In this document: in pieces, positions 42,880 through 57,322 of the stretch
Layout: each line of letters begins with the position of its first letter
Position numbering within the stretch: the stretch's first letter is position 1
From: the human T2T-CHM13v2.0 reference genome, Homo sapiens
Reading direction: 5' to 3' (one strand)
Assembly (NCBI RefSeq): GCF_009914755.1
Contig: NC_060941.1
Length of the DNA stretch: 64,000 nucleotides
Program-made: the position numbers and the translations under genes
Notes under the pieces: model-generated
Database searches by the model: none
What the model saw: the letters and a program-made list of their open reading frames with translations, nothing else
What the model was told of the DNA's origin: nothing

Positions 42880-43258
42880 TTTATTTTTATTCTTATTTCT
42901 TTTTAATTTTACTTTAAGTTCTGGGATACACGTGCAGAACGTGTAGGTTTGTTACACAGGTATACATGTGACATGGTGGTTTGCTGCACCTATCAACCCG
43001 TCATCTAGGTTTTAAGCCCCACATGCATTCGGTATTTGTCCTAATGCTCTCCCTCCTCTTGCCCCCCACCCCCTCACAGGCCCCAGTGTGTGATGTTCCC
43101 CTCCCCGTGTCCATGTGTTCTCATTGTTAAACTCCTACTTATGAGTGAGAACACGCAGCATTTGGTTTTCTGTTCCTGTGTTAGTTTGCTGAGAATGATG
43201 GCTTCCAGCTTCATCCATGTCCCGCAAAGGACATGAACTCATTCTTTTTCATGGCTGC
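42880..43258 (-). mobile_element. L1PA (PA8-like) 5'-truncated 3' end
   Basis: actttaagttctgggataca...tctaggttttaagccccacatgca...cttcatccatgtccc; candidate TSD catcccca. Confidence 0.93.
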
Positions 43259-43304
43259 CATCCCCATCATTGTACTTATGATTGAGCAAGATCCCATAGA
43301 AAGG

Positions 43305-43672
43305 TGCTACAGGCTGAATGTTTGTGTCTCTCCCAAAATTCATACATTGAAACCTTAATCCCCAATGCGATGGTGTTTGGAGATAGGGCCTTTGGGAGAT
43401 AATCAGGTCATGAAGTCCCCATGATGGGATCAGTACCCCTATAAGAAGAAATATGAGAGAGCTTCCTCTCGCTCCCCCACTCCCTCACCCCCAACCCTGA
43501 CCTTGTGAGTCAAGAAGAAAGTCATCTATAAACCAAGAAGGGGGCCTTCACCAAGAATCTGACCACGCTGGCACTCTGATTCTTGGACTTCCCACCCTCC
43601 AGAACCATGAGACATAAGGTTGCTTAACCTGCCTGGTCTATGGTCATTTTGTTATAGCAGCCCAAGCTAGGA
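43305..43672 (+). mobile_element. MLT1A/A0-type MaLR solo LTR
   Basis: tgctacaggctgaatgtttgtgtc...aaaattcata...ggcctttgggag...ttttgttatagcagccc. Confidence 0.9.
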
Positions 43673-43828
43673 AAAGAAAGCAAAGTCTTTAGGAAAATGC
43701 ACGGCTGTGAGCTGAGTGTCCACTTCTCCACGGACAAGATTTAGAGCAACTCAGAATGTCCCATGGCTGATGGCAGGCACACAGTGGTGCCACAGGAAAT
43801 TGGCTCAACCCACACTGGTGGCATAACC

Positions 43829-44438
43829 CAGGGGTCCCTACCTCTTGGGCCACAGACTGGTACTGCCCATGGCCTGCTAGGAGCTGGGCTGTACAATAGG
43901 AGGTGGGCAGTTGGGGAGTGAGTGAAGCTTCATCTGTATTTACAGCCACTCCCCATCACTGGCATGACCGCTTCCTGTCAGATCAGTGACAGCATCAGGT
44001 TCTCATAGGCACGAGAACCCTATTGTAAACTATGCATGTGAGGGATCTAGGTTGTGTGCTCCTTATGAGAACCTAATGCCTGTCAGTGATGATCTGTCAC
44101 TGTCTCTCATCGTCCCCACATAGGACCATCTAGTTGCAGTAAACAAGCTCAGGGCTCCCACTGATTTACATTACAATGAATTGTATAATTATTTCACTAT
44201 TATATGTAATATATAGTGAAATAATTGTAATATGTAATAATACTAATGTATGTAATAAATTATATACTACTAAAATGTAATACATAATAATACTAGAAAT
44301 AAAGTGCACAATAAATATAATGTGCTTGAATCATCCCGAAACCATCTCCCCAACCCCACCCCACCCCATCCCTGGTCCATGAAAAAAACTGTCTGCCATG
44401 AAATTGGTCCCTGGTGCCAAAAAGGTTGGGGACCGCTG
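43829..44438 (+). mobile_element. MER1A (hAT-Charlie)
   Basis: TIRs caggggtccc...ggggaccgctg; perfect 8 bp TSD gcataacc. Confidence 0.95.
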
Positions 44439-45689
44439 GCATAACCAACATAAACAAAAACACACACTCAGGCCCATCTTTCAAGCTCCGGCTTTAAGGA
44501 CATTTTCTGCCTTGATTTATTAAATCCTGCAGTAGACAGCATGTGAAAGCCCAGTGCCGAAGGACCCCACAGACTTCCAATGGGGTCAGCTCCCCTGAAA
44601 CCACAAGACTCAGAGACCCGTGGTGTTCCAGGAACCGATTTAAATGTCGCTTGAATCCTGAGGATTTTACTTTATTATTTTTTTAACTCTTGGGAAATGG
44701 TATGAAATGGCTGCTGTCATCCTTGCAGCATCTGCCTCCCAAGCCCACTGCATGGGTTCTCCCAACACCTCCCCTTGGCTCCCCTCCTGGCCAAGTTCAG
44801 AAGTGTGATGGGCTCAAAGGAAATGCCCCAGCGCCCACAGGCACCCAGAGGCTGCGTGCACCCTGGTGGTCCCTGTCGAAGCGGTCACGGCTCACCGCCA
44901 GACACCCTTGGTCCTTACAGCTCTGGCTCTGCCAGCCACAGACATCTTCAAACAGAGCCCATGAAAAGAAACACTGCTTCAGCTTTGCTCCCACCGCCAT
45001 CCTGGGACCCAGGGTCCACAAGGAGAATATTTTCTTAAAGTAACTCCCTGATTTGCGGGGGTTTACCTGCCGTAGGGGAAATTTTTTAAAAAAAGAAAAG
45101 GAAAGCATTAGGAGCTTCTGTAAGAGCAGCCCAAGGAGGGGAGGGGAAAAGAAATGTCACCCTTGCTCTCTCCAGACCCGCCTGAATTTGAGGTTTGGCA
45201 CAAATACCAAGACAGGGCTGGCCAAGAGAAAGGTGTGGCCCGGTGAAGGACATGTCCAGGAGTCCAGCAACTGTAAACTTGAATCCCAACCCTAACCTCG
45301 CCTAACTCCCAGCCAGGACTGCCAGTGACTCACTCATCTCTCTTGCCTTGGTGGCACCATCCAGTAAAAGACAGGACTTCTGACCTCACTGGGGAGCAGG
45401 AAGATTAGCTCATGTTTATAAAGCGCTTTGAAGATTAAAAAGCCTGTGCCTAAAGGGGGCTATTATTATTATAACTACCTGTGAAAAAAGAGAAAAAAGA
45501 TTCCCATCTAGGTCTAATATTAGCTCTCATACAGAGCCAGAGGGGCAGGGAGGCACTGACTTCGTGGCAGCTCATACTTGTGCCCCTGGCACTAAGACGG
45601 TGCTTCCCAAAGTTTGGGATGGGGAACATCATGGGGGGGTGCATGGGTTGGTTTTAGAGGGTGGGCAGACAGCACAGAACAGTGTGTAA

Positions 45690-45977
<288 letters not shown>

Positions 45978-46241
45978 TCAATTCTCTTTTAATCCTACTG
46001 ATTCCATTTCAGGAGAAAGTCTCCATTTGGTGCTGCTAGGTCTGTACCATCTCTCCCTGGCCAATTTCCCTTCATTATAGACAGAGCAATAACCTCCCTC
46101 AAACTCAAAGGTTCGGCAGACAACTGTAGCTACCTAGAATTTATAAACATTGTTTTGATTTCATTGTGCTCATTATTTGTATAATTACTTTGAATCTATG
46201 AGAAGTGATACTGATTCACTACATTTCACTTTAAAGTTACA

Positions 46242-46475
46242 TTTCTTTTTTTTTTTTTTTCTTTTTCCACGTTCAAGCGATTCTCTCCCCTCAGCCTCCT
46301 GAGTAGCTGGGATTACAGGCTCCTGCCACCACACCCAGCTAATTTTTGTATTTTTAGCAGAGATGGGTTTTCACCATGTTGGCCAGGATAGTCTCCAACT
46401 CCCGACCTCAGGTGATCCACCCACCTCGGCCTCCCAAAGTGCTGGGATTACAGGTGGGAGCCATCGTGATTGGCC
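46242..46475 (-). mobile_element. AluS lacking most of the 3' part of the right arm
   Basis: Poly-T joins directly to ccacgttcaagcgattctc. Confidence 0.92.
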
Positions 46476-46495
46476 AAAATCATGATTCTTTAAAT

Positions 46496-46758
46496 TGGAG
46501 TTTCTCAACCTCAGCCCTATTAGCATTTGGGGCCAGATCATTCTTTGTGGTGGAGGCTGTCTTGTGCCTTATAGGATGCTGATCACCCTGTCCTGTGCCT
46601 TGCAGGATGCTAAGCATCTTTGGCCTCCTCTTCTCACCAGATGCCAGAGCATCCCTCCACCACCCAACTGGGACAACCAAAAATGTCCCTAGACATTGCC
46701 CAGTGCTGTCTGGGGGATAAACCCCAACCCCCAACACCTCCTCTGTTAGGAACTACTG
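46496..46758 (+). mobile_element. MER20 (hAT-Charlie) with internal tandem duplication
   Basis: tttctcaacctcagc...ggggccagatcattctttg...gacaaccaaaaatgtccctagacattgcc; ctgtc.tgtgcctt..aggatgct occurs twice. Confidence 0.9.
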
Positions 46759-47712
46759 CTTTTAGATCAATTCACTAAAAAACAAAAAAACAAAACTTAA
46801 ATGTGTTAAATAGTAAGGTTGTACTAAAATGGCTCCAGTTTAGGAAAACCTATAACAGAGAAGCAGTCCTTCTCGCCCATGTCTGCTCCAGCTCCTGAGT
46901 CACGATCTAATGCCTCCAGGGCAGGCCTGTGCTCTGGAGCCCTCGTAGCCAAATACCATCATCCCAGTGGCTCCATTCACGGCAGGGGTCCTATCTGTGC
47001 TGGCTGATTAGAAGAGCTTTAACCATTTCTGGAAGTCATAAACAAGGGTGTTTGGAAACAATTTTCATTCCAGGCCCCTTCCCTGGTGTCAAACCCTGCT
47101 TATCAGATCTTGAGGTCTCAGTGGACACCTGCTTGTCATGGCTGGAGCAACTGCCTAGAGGCCAGAGAAAGGAGGCTCACGGGGGATCAATGGGAAACAA
47201 GGGTGGGCCCATTCAGGAATGTTGTTAAGTCCCAGAAGGGCCTTACAAGAAAGATCTAGTCCTTTCTTCCACCTTATCAAAGGAGAAACTGAGGCCCGGG
47301 AAGAAAGGCTCTATGATGTGTGCCGAGACAGATGCAGCCTGTAACAGAACATGGCGTAGAACTCAAGGCTTCCTCCAGTATTAATGTTCTCCAACACCAC
47401 ACTGTGCATGGCAATCCCCAGGCTAAAGAAAATGTCACTGCCCTAATACTCAAAATAGGAGGCAAAGGCTTACACATATGCTGCTTTTGACGTTTAAAAC
47501 TCAGCAAGAGCAAAACTACACAAATGAAATAATTAAAATCTGCATTGGCAGCCACCCAGCAGGCAGGGGGACAGCCTGCTCCATCACCTGCTAAGCCCCC
47601 AGCACCCAACGGGCGGATGCCTACGAGCAGCTGCTATCAGAGGCTCCTTGGCATGCCTATCGTCCGGCTTTCCACGGGATGTTTTCCTTCCTTCTGCCTC
47701 TCCTATCTGGCA

Positions 47713-48003
47713 TTTTCTTTGAGACGGAGTCTTGCTGTGTTGCCCAGACTGGAGTGCAGTGGTGCGATCTCAGCTCACTGCAACCTCCCCTTCCCCGGTT
47801 CAAGTGATTCTCTTGCCTCAGCCTTCTGAGTAGATGGGATTACAGGCACACGTCATCATCATGCCTGGCTAATTTTTGTATTTTTAGTAGAGACGGGGTT
47901 TCACCCTGTTGGTCAGGCTGGTCTCGAACTCCTGACCTCATGAGCCACCCGCCTCAGCCTCCCAAAGTGCTGGGATTACAGGCGTGAGCCACCGCGCCCG
48001 GTC
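47713..48003 (-). mobile_element. AluS with very short tail
   Basis: Antisense dimer; TSD tctggcattttc on both sides. Confidence 0.96.
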
Positions 48004-49838
48004 CCCTCTGGCATTTTCATTCCACACCTCCTTCTCCCGAGATTACAAGGAAGTTAAATTGCCAAACTTCCTGGTTCATGCAAAGTTAAGACTGTCCATT
48101 AAATAGACGCCAGAGAAAATAAAGTCTAGTTTTGAAGATTTGGTATCAGCATGGCTCAAAGTACTTCTCTGTCTCAGGGACCAGCACCAGGCTTCTAAAT
48201 GAAATCACAACCACAAAAGAGGCTTCTGGGGCCTTCAGCAAAACATGCTCACTGTCCTCCAGCCCTGTCTCTGAGGGTCCCCTCTCTGGAGTGGGAGTAG
48301 AGGCTCTCTGTGCACTTCCAAAGACACTCTAGGAATCAACTTTTATTATTCCCAGTGTTCAGATGAGAAACCTGGAGGTCACACATACCGTAAATGACAA
48401 GACCGTGGACTGAGGCTTTAACCAGATTTGCTCGTTCCAAAGCCCATACGGCTACCCCCTCTACATGCTGCTTCCCTATAAGCAAAGCTAACGTTGCCTG
48501 GAGATCCTTACTTTGTAGTTTGGAAAGCCAAGCCCAGGTAAGCTACGGACAGATATTAACAAGGCAACTTATCATTGCGATCCTATCAATGGTCTGGGCC
48601 ATCAATCAATCAATCAATTAATATTCACTGAACCTGCCACATAAAATCCCAGAGTTAGCCATGTAGGGACCAGCCAGGCATGGGAGCCACGGTCTAACCA
48701 AGAACCCAGTGTTCTCACACAAGCTTAGAGAGATGGCACAGGGCGATGCGTGATTGATTGCTGATGAATGGCACAGTTACTAAATGCTATAAAGTCCAGA
48801 GAAAAATCTGAGAGTTGAAGCTGCTTTGTGGAAGAGCCGAGACGTGTAGCTGGGCCTGGAATGGTGAGAAAGACACAGATCTGCACAGAGGATCCAAGAC
48901 CACCAGGCAAGAACACAGAATTCCAGGCCCTTGTTCATGTCCTCTGCAGCCCAGACAGAAACGCTGGTCAGGTCTATGCCATAAGCACGTCCGGGAGGCT
49001 CTCAACTGTCTATTCAGTGTGACACACCCCCCTCCAAAAACAGATACACACACATACACACAAACAACAACACCTGAACTCATTTCTGCTCAGCTTTAGA
49101 ACGTAAATGATTGTTTTTAAATGAACAAATTTCTACTTCACTTAGAAGAGCTTGACAGGAGGTGGCATTTCTTTATTCAAAAAGAACCTGCGACGTCCCT
49201 ATTACGGGTCAGTGCTTTGCTGGGCCCTGGGAATAGAGGGAGGAATAAAAGATGGATCTTGCTCTTAGGAAGCTTCGGGGCTAGACTGGAGGACCTTGAA
49301 GGAAGATGAAAAATAAACAAAAATTCTAAAAATCTATACTACGGAGAGGTTACAACACCGCAGTTCAGAACAGCACCACTTCCCCTCCCCATCCCTGACA
49401 TTTCCCAGGCCTTTCTGGTTTTCTCAGTGCCTGTGTAAATGTGGTCCCTGGTCCCAGACGCCTGATTCATTCATTCTCCATGTTTGATGACACAGGAAAC
49501 CCCTGAGAATGAAGGAATCAGGGGTATAACAGGCCCTAAACAAAGCCAAGATGAGCCATGTTTGTCCCCGAGAGAATCAACAGCCCCTGTATGAAAAGAG
49601 TGCTGTACAGTGGGATGGGACGAGGCAGGTTTTATAATCTGATTAAAATCGCCTGTCGGCAGTTTTCCGCTCTCCTGCTCACCCTAAATCTACAAAGAAG
49701 CTCCACTCCTGGAATCCCACACAGGTAAACCCCGTGACCTGGGGAGGATGTTTGTTGAAGAGTTGTCTCTCGTGGCGCCAAAGAGTTTGGGACAATGTAG
49801 GTGTCCATCACTGGGGGAATGGACAGGTCTGTCTGGAT

Positions 49839-50057
49839 CAGAAGCTAGCAAACTTTCTCTGTCCAGGGCCAGATACTATTTAGGCTTTATGGGTCAGGAG
49901 GCCCCAGTCAAAATTCCTCAGCTCTGCCACAATAGTGAGAAGATAGCCATGGATGACAGGGAAATGAATGGGTGTGGCTGGGCTCCAATCACACTCTATT
50001 TACAAAAGCAAGTGGCCAACTGGATTTGGCTCAAGGGCCACAGTCTGCTGACCACTG
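49839..50057 (+). mobile_element. MER58A (hAT-Charlie)
   Basis: gcaaactttctctgtccagggccagata...ctcagctctgcc...ggatttggc...tgctgaccactg; TSD gtctggat/gtctagaa. Confidence 0.85.
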
Positions 50058-50140
50058 GTCTAGAACATTCTTCTCCCAAGTATCTGCCCAGTCTCTGTTC
50101 AAATGTTATCTCCTGAGAAAACCTTTCTTGGCCACACTCT

Positions 50141-50441
50141 TTCTTTTTTTTTTTTTTTTGAGGCAGGGTCTCACTCTGTTACCCAGGCTGGAGTGCAGTG
50201 GTGCAATCATAGCTCACTGCAGCTTCAACCTCCCCGGGCTCAGATGATCCTCCCACCTCAGCCTCCCAAGTAGCCGAGACTACAGGCATGCACCACCGTG
50301 CCTGGCTAATTTTTGTATTTTTTGCAAAGAAAGGGTTTCACCATGTTTCCCAAGCTAGTCTCAAATTCCTGAGCTCAAGCGATCTACCCTCCTTGCCTCC
50401 CAAAGTGCTAAGATTACAGGCGTGATTCACCGTGCCCAGCC
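50141..50441 (-). mobile_element. AluJ
   Basis: gaggcagggtctc, atcatagctcactgcagc; TSD tggccacactct. Confidence 0.96.
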
Positions 50442-50453
50442 TGGCCACACTCT

Positions 50454-50764
<311 letters not shown>

Positions 50765-51127
50765 ACACTCTTAACTGTGCCCTCCATCACTCTTTATCCC
50801 TCACCGCTCTCTTTTATTCCACAGCATTTATCACTTCCAGATCAATTTGTCTATCAGCTTAGAGTCTGTCTTCACTCTAGTGAGGGAGAGCAAAGGTTTT
50901 TTTCTGTTTTGTTGGTCACTAGCGCCCAGCACTTAGTAGGCACTCAGTGAATATCTGTTGGGTGAATGGACGAGCAGCTGCCACGTTCATCTGTACACGT
51001 CACCCAACAATGTGTGTGCCTCGTCTTTCAGGGCTAGAGAAGTCCTGGAAAGGTCAGCCAGGTTGCCAAACCACCTCCCTGCCCCAAGGGAGGCTGCATG
51101 CAAAACTACCCCATGCAGATCTCAATC

Positions 51128-51232
51128 TATCTTTCCTTCCTTCCTTCCTCTCCCTTCCCTTCTTCCCTTCCCTCCCTTCCCCTCTTCACCCCTTCCCTTC
51201 CTCTCTCTTTCCCTTTCTGTCCTTCTCTCTCC
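51128..51232 (+). repeat. Polypyrimidine (CCTT/CCCT-rich) tract
   Basis: Direct observation. Confidence 0.9.
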
Positions 51233-51962
51233 AGTGAAACAGGGCAGTGAGATGCCTGTTGGTACCAAGTCCCAGACGGTCATCACTCTGTGCTGCCACT
51301 GAGACAATTCCAGGAGCCAACAGCATTTTCTTTTAGAATCTGCCAATCTTTTCCAAACATTCCACAGAGGACTTTAAAAGAGAGAAAAAAAAAAAAGAGA
51401 GAGAGAGAGAAGTGAAGAAAAGTGACTCCTGACAGCCCACCCTGTAACCACCAAAAGCCAGTCCCACTTCTCTCCAGGAGACTGATAAAAGAATTTTTTC
51501 TTTTTAGCAGAGAATAATATTCACCTCTCTTCTTCTAGCTATTGTGGGTTTTTCCTCCCTAAATTCCAAAACCAATCTTTCAGTGCTGACATAGTAAAAT
51601 CTGCCTTCCTAAAAAACCTCAGGGCTTTTCAAGCAGCCAAAAACCTCAACCATTGCACAGCCCACAAGATTTTGCAGAACAGATTATAATCCCCAGCCTC
51701 CCTCTCCTCCTCGTGAATCACAAACCAGCTAAACTCCAGTGACAGATTATGGAGCTACTGCTCTGAACCCTCCATGGGTGGAGGGAGACCAGACAGGATT
51801 GCTGGCTGCAGAAAGAAAATCATTCCACCTCATCTGTGAAGGAACCAAACTGCAGCTTTTCTCTAAAGCACAAGTTGATGGCACTTTGATGTATAGTGTT
51901 CCCTAACACCAAGGCCACTCATTTTTTTTTTACCTCCTTGCTCTTGTGGACATGATCTATAG

Positions 51963-52497
51963 CAGGGGTTCCTAACCCCCAGGCCATGGACGCATTACTG
52001 CTCCATGGCCTGTTAAGAACCAGGCTGCACAGCAGGAGGTGAGTGGTGGGTGAGTGAGCAAAGTGTCATTTGTATTGACAGCCGCTCCCCATTGCTCACA
52101 TTACCACCTGAGCTCCACCTCCTGTAAGATCAGTGATGGCATCAAATTCTTATAGGAGCGAGAACCCTATTGTGAACTGCACATGTGAGGAATGTAGGTT
52201 GTGCATTCCTTATGAGAATCTAATGCCTGATGATCTGTCACTGTCTCCCATCGCCCCCAGATGGGACTGTCTAGTTGTAGGAAAACAAGCTCAGGGCTCC
52301 CACAGATTCTATGTTATGGTGAATTGTATAATTATTTCATATTACAATGTAATAATAATAGAAATAAAGTACACAATAAGTGTAATGTGCTTGAATCATC
52401 CAGAAACTACCCCCACCCCACCCCACCCCACCACATCCACGGAAAAATTATCTTCCAGAAAACCAGTCCCTGGTGCCAAAAAGGTTGGGGATTGCTG
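51963..52497 (+). mobile_element. MER1A (hAT-Charlie)
   Basis: caggggttcctaacccc...ggtgccaaaaaggttggggattgctg; TSD atctatag/ctctatgg. Confidence 0.95.
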
Positions 52498-53311
52498 CTC
52501 TATGGAGCCCCATGCGGCCTCAAAGTCCCTCAACTCTCAGTGTCCCTGGAAGACTTTTCGGCTACACTTTCTGTCCAACCGGTTCTGCCCTTTATTTTTG
52601 TTTCAGGGAGGATTATTGCCATGGCAATGTCCAGGTGACAGAGTCAGGAGGGGGAAGAAACCCACCTGTATTCAACCCTTAATCCCTTAAAGCCTGTCAG
52701 AAAGCAGCAGCCTTGGAAAATAAGAAGCCTGGCCAGTGTTTCCTATCGATCACAAGACAGAATAAACCAGAAAACAGCTCTCCACGAAGAAGCCTTGGTC
52801 AGTCAAGTGTCCCTAGGGGCTCTGCCAATCTCCCTGCATAGGAGATCTGCCCAACACACATTTGCATTTTCAGAAAGAGCAGAGCAGAAAGGAAGCAGAA
52901 AGCCAAGTCTGTGGTGGGGAAAAAGGAAAGTAGGTTTCCCATGAGATTCAGGTAGCTCCCCAGGACCGAAGGATCAGCTGGGCACGTGTGCTTCCTATCT
53001 GGGTAGTGCTGGTCATTTCTGTTTGCTGTGGCCACAGTGTGGCCATCCTATCGGCACCTCTACCCAAGAGTGGGTGGAGCAAACAAAACAAAATTCAGTT
53101 CCTGGGTATTAGCTTAGCACCCAGTCCACAAACCTCCTCTGCCTCTGAGGAGGTGAGAGGCCCTTAAAGCTACGGGCATTCACAAAGAAACAGGAGGAAA
53201 TGAGGAATTCACTGGAAATTTTTGCCGTCTATGCTAGGAGGAACATCCCAGGTACCCACAGGGACTATCAACAAGTATCCACCCCAAAAAATAGATTCAA
53301 TAAAACAATAA

Positions 53312-53737
<426 letters not shown>

Positions 53738-54527
53738 TAGACAAGCTTCCCCAACCAAATCGTGTTCCCAGTTCATGCGTTATCCACTGACCCTCATTTA
53801 AACTTGGTTTTGGCTCCCTGTGTTTTTCATTTCATTGTTAAGGAGGCATACACTAGATCCTTCCTCTTCTTGGGCTCAGTTATCCACAGAGATACAATAT
53901 TTTAAAGGTTGTCATGTCCTTGCCTGGCTTATCAAGGAAGTAAGGGACAGCCCAAGGGCTTCCCAGGTAAGGAAAAACAACGGTTTTATAAAGCCACGGC
54001 TGGTGACAGTGCAAAAGGAAAGGCTGCTTCCATTGTATCTGGTCATTGGGTTTGCTGTGTGCCTATCAGGTTTATAAAACAAACTGCAGCAGTGAGAGGC
54101 TGTGAGTGAGCTCTCTTCCTTCCCCTATTAACTATCTATGCAGTAAGAAGGCCTGATGCACCCATTTAGCTGGGAATAGCTGCCAGAACTTTAAGGCTGA
54201 TGCCTGGGAGAGAGTCAGTGGGCGGCACCGGGCTGGCTTTCTGAATTCAATCAGAGGTGGCCAGCCCCCTCTAACCATGATCCAAATGTACATGCCAGAT
54301 GAGGAGCCGTCGTGGTTGAACAGGGAATGTTTCATGCAAATCATGGGTTTGCAGCAGGATTTTGTGGAGGGAGCATCCTTGAGAAAAATGTTGGGATGGC
54401 TACGGACTGGCGGGCTATTAGTCACAGAGCCACCACCTCCTCCATGAACGATGAAAGTTCTTACCACCCTGGATGCACAGATCAGCAGTTAATAATGAGG
54501 TCTCAGCATGGAGGAGACACATTCTTT

Positions 54528-54594
54528 CACACACATGCACACACACACATATGCACACCTGCACACACATACACACATACATACAAGCATGCAC
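54528..54594 (+). repeat. Degenerate (CA)n tract
   Basis: Direct observation. Confidence 0.85.
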
Positions 54595-55745
54595 AAGAAG
54601 TCTTAGAGCCCCATCTCCTTTTGGCTGGGATTTTGCATCCTGAGAATCTTGGGTGTTACCCATGGGAACAAGCTCCTCCGAAGCCACACATGGTTGAAAC
54701 TCCTCTCCCAGTGACAACGACGTCACGTCTCCCAGGCACTGGCTCCCTTGGGAATGTGTGAGTTGCTCCCCTGGGGCAAAGAGCAGCTGCTCGGGGTGAC
54801 TCATAAATTGTGCTCTCAGCCCTGTCACCCACTGTGCCTCCCGTCCATTACTCAGCCTTCTCCCTGCGCTTGTTCCTATGGCTGCCCCTCAACCCAGCTC
54901 ACCGCTGCTCCCAGCTCGCTCGGCACTCTGCAAGGATTGGCATTTGCTTCGGGCGGACTCTTCTCTGTCCCTGCCTTCTCTCCTCCATGAGACCCAAGGC
55001 AACACAATTTGCCCTTTGAGGAGTTGGGAGTGGGAGCAGAGATCGGGGTGACAGGGGACAGAGAGATAAAGGCAAGAAAAGAATGTTCCCTTCGTTGAAA
55101 AACAGTTCAGCTCCAGGGTCACCTCTTTGAAATCATCAGTGACACCTCACTCTGCGTACTCCCCTCAAACACAGCCCCTAGGCATTGCTTCTTCTAGGAT
55201 CTGGGATTTTTGACACTGAAGGGTCCTGGCTACCTTAAATCCTTTCTAGAAGAAAGTGGAATGAGGCAGAGTATAAACAGACAAATACACCCAACAGGTG
55301 AAATAAAACTTGAGCTTCTTAAGCAATGCTCTGTTTCTACAAGCAGCTCCCACTTGTGGAAAGGCAGAGGGATGAGGAGGGTGGACATGAGTCAAGCCTC
55401 CCCCTTCCACTCCCCACTGTCAACCCCCACCCTGACCCATTCAACAGCCTAGGGAGTTCCCTGCTTAAGGGAATCTTAGAACACACACCCTCTGCAAATA
55501 CCTACAGCCTGTGTACTGAAACTTAGAGATTACTTCTGAAAAAGTGACATCATCAACAGTACAGGATTCTCAAAAACTCAGTCCCTGTTTCCTTTTTACT
55601 TCTGTTATTTTAAAATACCAAAGATACTTGCATTTTCTTCTTTTCCAACTGTTAGTGAACTCTATTCCAATCAGCATTAAGCCCAGCAATTTTTGTACTA
55701 GGTACCTACTCCTACACTCCCTGTTTAATAATCAGTCATCTAGAA

Positions 55746-56073
55746 TAGGGACTGGCAAGCTTTTTCTGTAAAGGACCACAGAGTAAACATTTTCAACTTT
55801 GTGGGCCATGACATCTCCATCGGAGCTACTCAACTCTGCCATTGTAGCATGAAGCACCCATAGACAATAAGCAAATGAACAGGTATAGCTGAGTCTCAAT
55901 AAAACTTTATTCATAGACTTGGAAATTTACATTTCATATAATTTTCACATGTCACAAAATATTCCTTTTTTTGATTTTAACTTTTAATGTGGAAAGGATT
56001 CTTAGCTCACGAGCTGTACAAAAACAGGTGGCAGGCCGGTCTTGGCCCACAGACTGTAGTTAGCCAACTCCTG
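55746..56073 (+). mobile_element. MER58B (hAT-Charlie)
   Basis: tttttctgtaaagg...ctactcaactctgccattgtagc...caataaaactttatt...tttcacatgtcacaaaata; TSD atctagaa/gtctagaa. Confidence 0.9.
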
Positions 56074-56139
56074 GTCTAGAATCAAATATTTAAATGGAAA
56101 CCCTGAGAGAGCTCTTTCTTTTGAAAAGAATATGATAAT

Positions 56140-56345
56140 CGTGATAATAGCTCCCATGTATTGAGCACTTGTTCCATGAAAGAACTTGACATGGAAAAAC
56201 GGCTTTTCATCCTCATATTAACATATGAGACAGGTAAATATTTTCTCTGTGTTTTGTGGAGGTAGTCACTGAAACTGATGAGAAGAAAATTAACTCACCA
56301 GGTTCACTGCAGCAAGGATTGGAACCTGAAGTGCAATTCCAGACA
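56140..56345 (-). mobile_element. MIR
   Basis: ataatagctcccatgtattgagcactt...catcctcata...ggattggaacc. Confidence 0.6.
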
Positions 56346-57236
56346 GAGATACGGGATGCACGGGTTCAGCATCCTTAAAAACACAGATTCCCGTATGTTA
56401 AGGAGGTGATGAGAAGGAGGTGTCTGGGGAGCCACCCCATGGGATTTATATCACTTGTTCAGAAAAACCTTCCATCAAGGCTACCATGAAGGAGTAGTCT
56501 TCCTGCCCAACTCCTAAACATTTCGCTCAAGTGAAACACAGCTCAGATGGACTCCAAGAACCCTTTAGAACTGGGGAGAGGGAGGAGAGTGGATGCATTT
56601 GACAAATGGTTAAGGGCCACCTTGTACTGGGGGTCATAGAAGGTACTGAACGGTGATTGAGAAGCCAACTGCAGGGATGTGAGCCTTGGCTCATTATTTT
56701 TGGCTCTGGCAGATGCCTGGGCCCCCTGCCCCTGTGAGTACTACCCCAGGATGCCCAGAAGCAGGGTTCTGTCTCCACGTACTACCCCCAACAGGAGGTC
56801 TCTGTGTCCAGCAGCCTCCGCTTCCAAATATTCCCCATTTCTGCTCTTCCTCTAGGCCCAGCCCTCCCCACTGTCAGCCTCCAAGGTCCAGGCTGGAGGC
56901 AAAATGTCCCAGAGCTGAGTCTGCTGCCACCCAGAGAGAATTCTATTCAAAATGAGGGCCCTGGGAAAGAGTTGGGTGGCTGCTTTCAGTTCCTCTTAGG
57001 CCCGATGCCTGATTTCTTTTCCATTCTGGGCACCAAGGCTCATCTGGACAGAAGAGCACACTCCTTGGCTGCCTCTGGGCCCACCACACCCGGTGGAAAG
57101 GCACGGATCCTGGATATAAACCGACCAAAGCAAGACAAGGCCGTCTGCTGGAGCCGCCCTCCGCCCTCCAGACACGCACACTGGTTTCCTAATCCTTGGG
57201 ATTTCAGGAAAAGGAGGCCCGACCCGCCACGGCACT

Positions 57237-57322
57237 GAGAGGGAGAGAGGGAGGGAGAGAGGGAGAGAGGGAGAGAGGGAGAGGGAGAGAGAGGGAGGGA
57301 GAGAGAGAGAGAGAGAGAGAGA
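57237..57322 (+). repeat. (GA)n/(GGGA)n polypurine tract
   Basis: Direct observation. Confidence 0.95.

Noticed and set aside
52133-52690. 185 aa ORF
   Set aside because: Mostly MER1A sequence with a GTG start; no recognisable domain.
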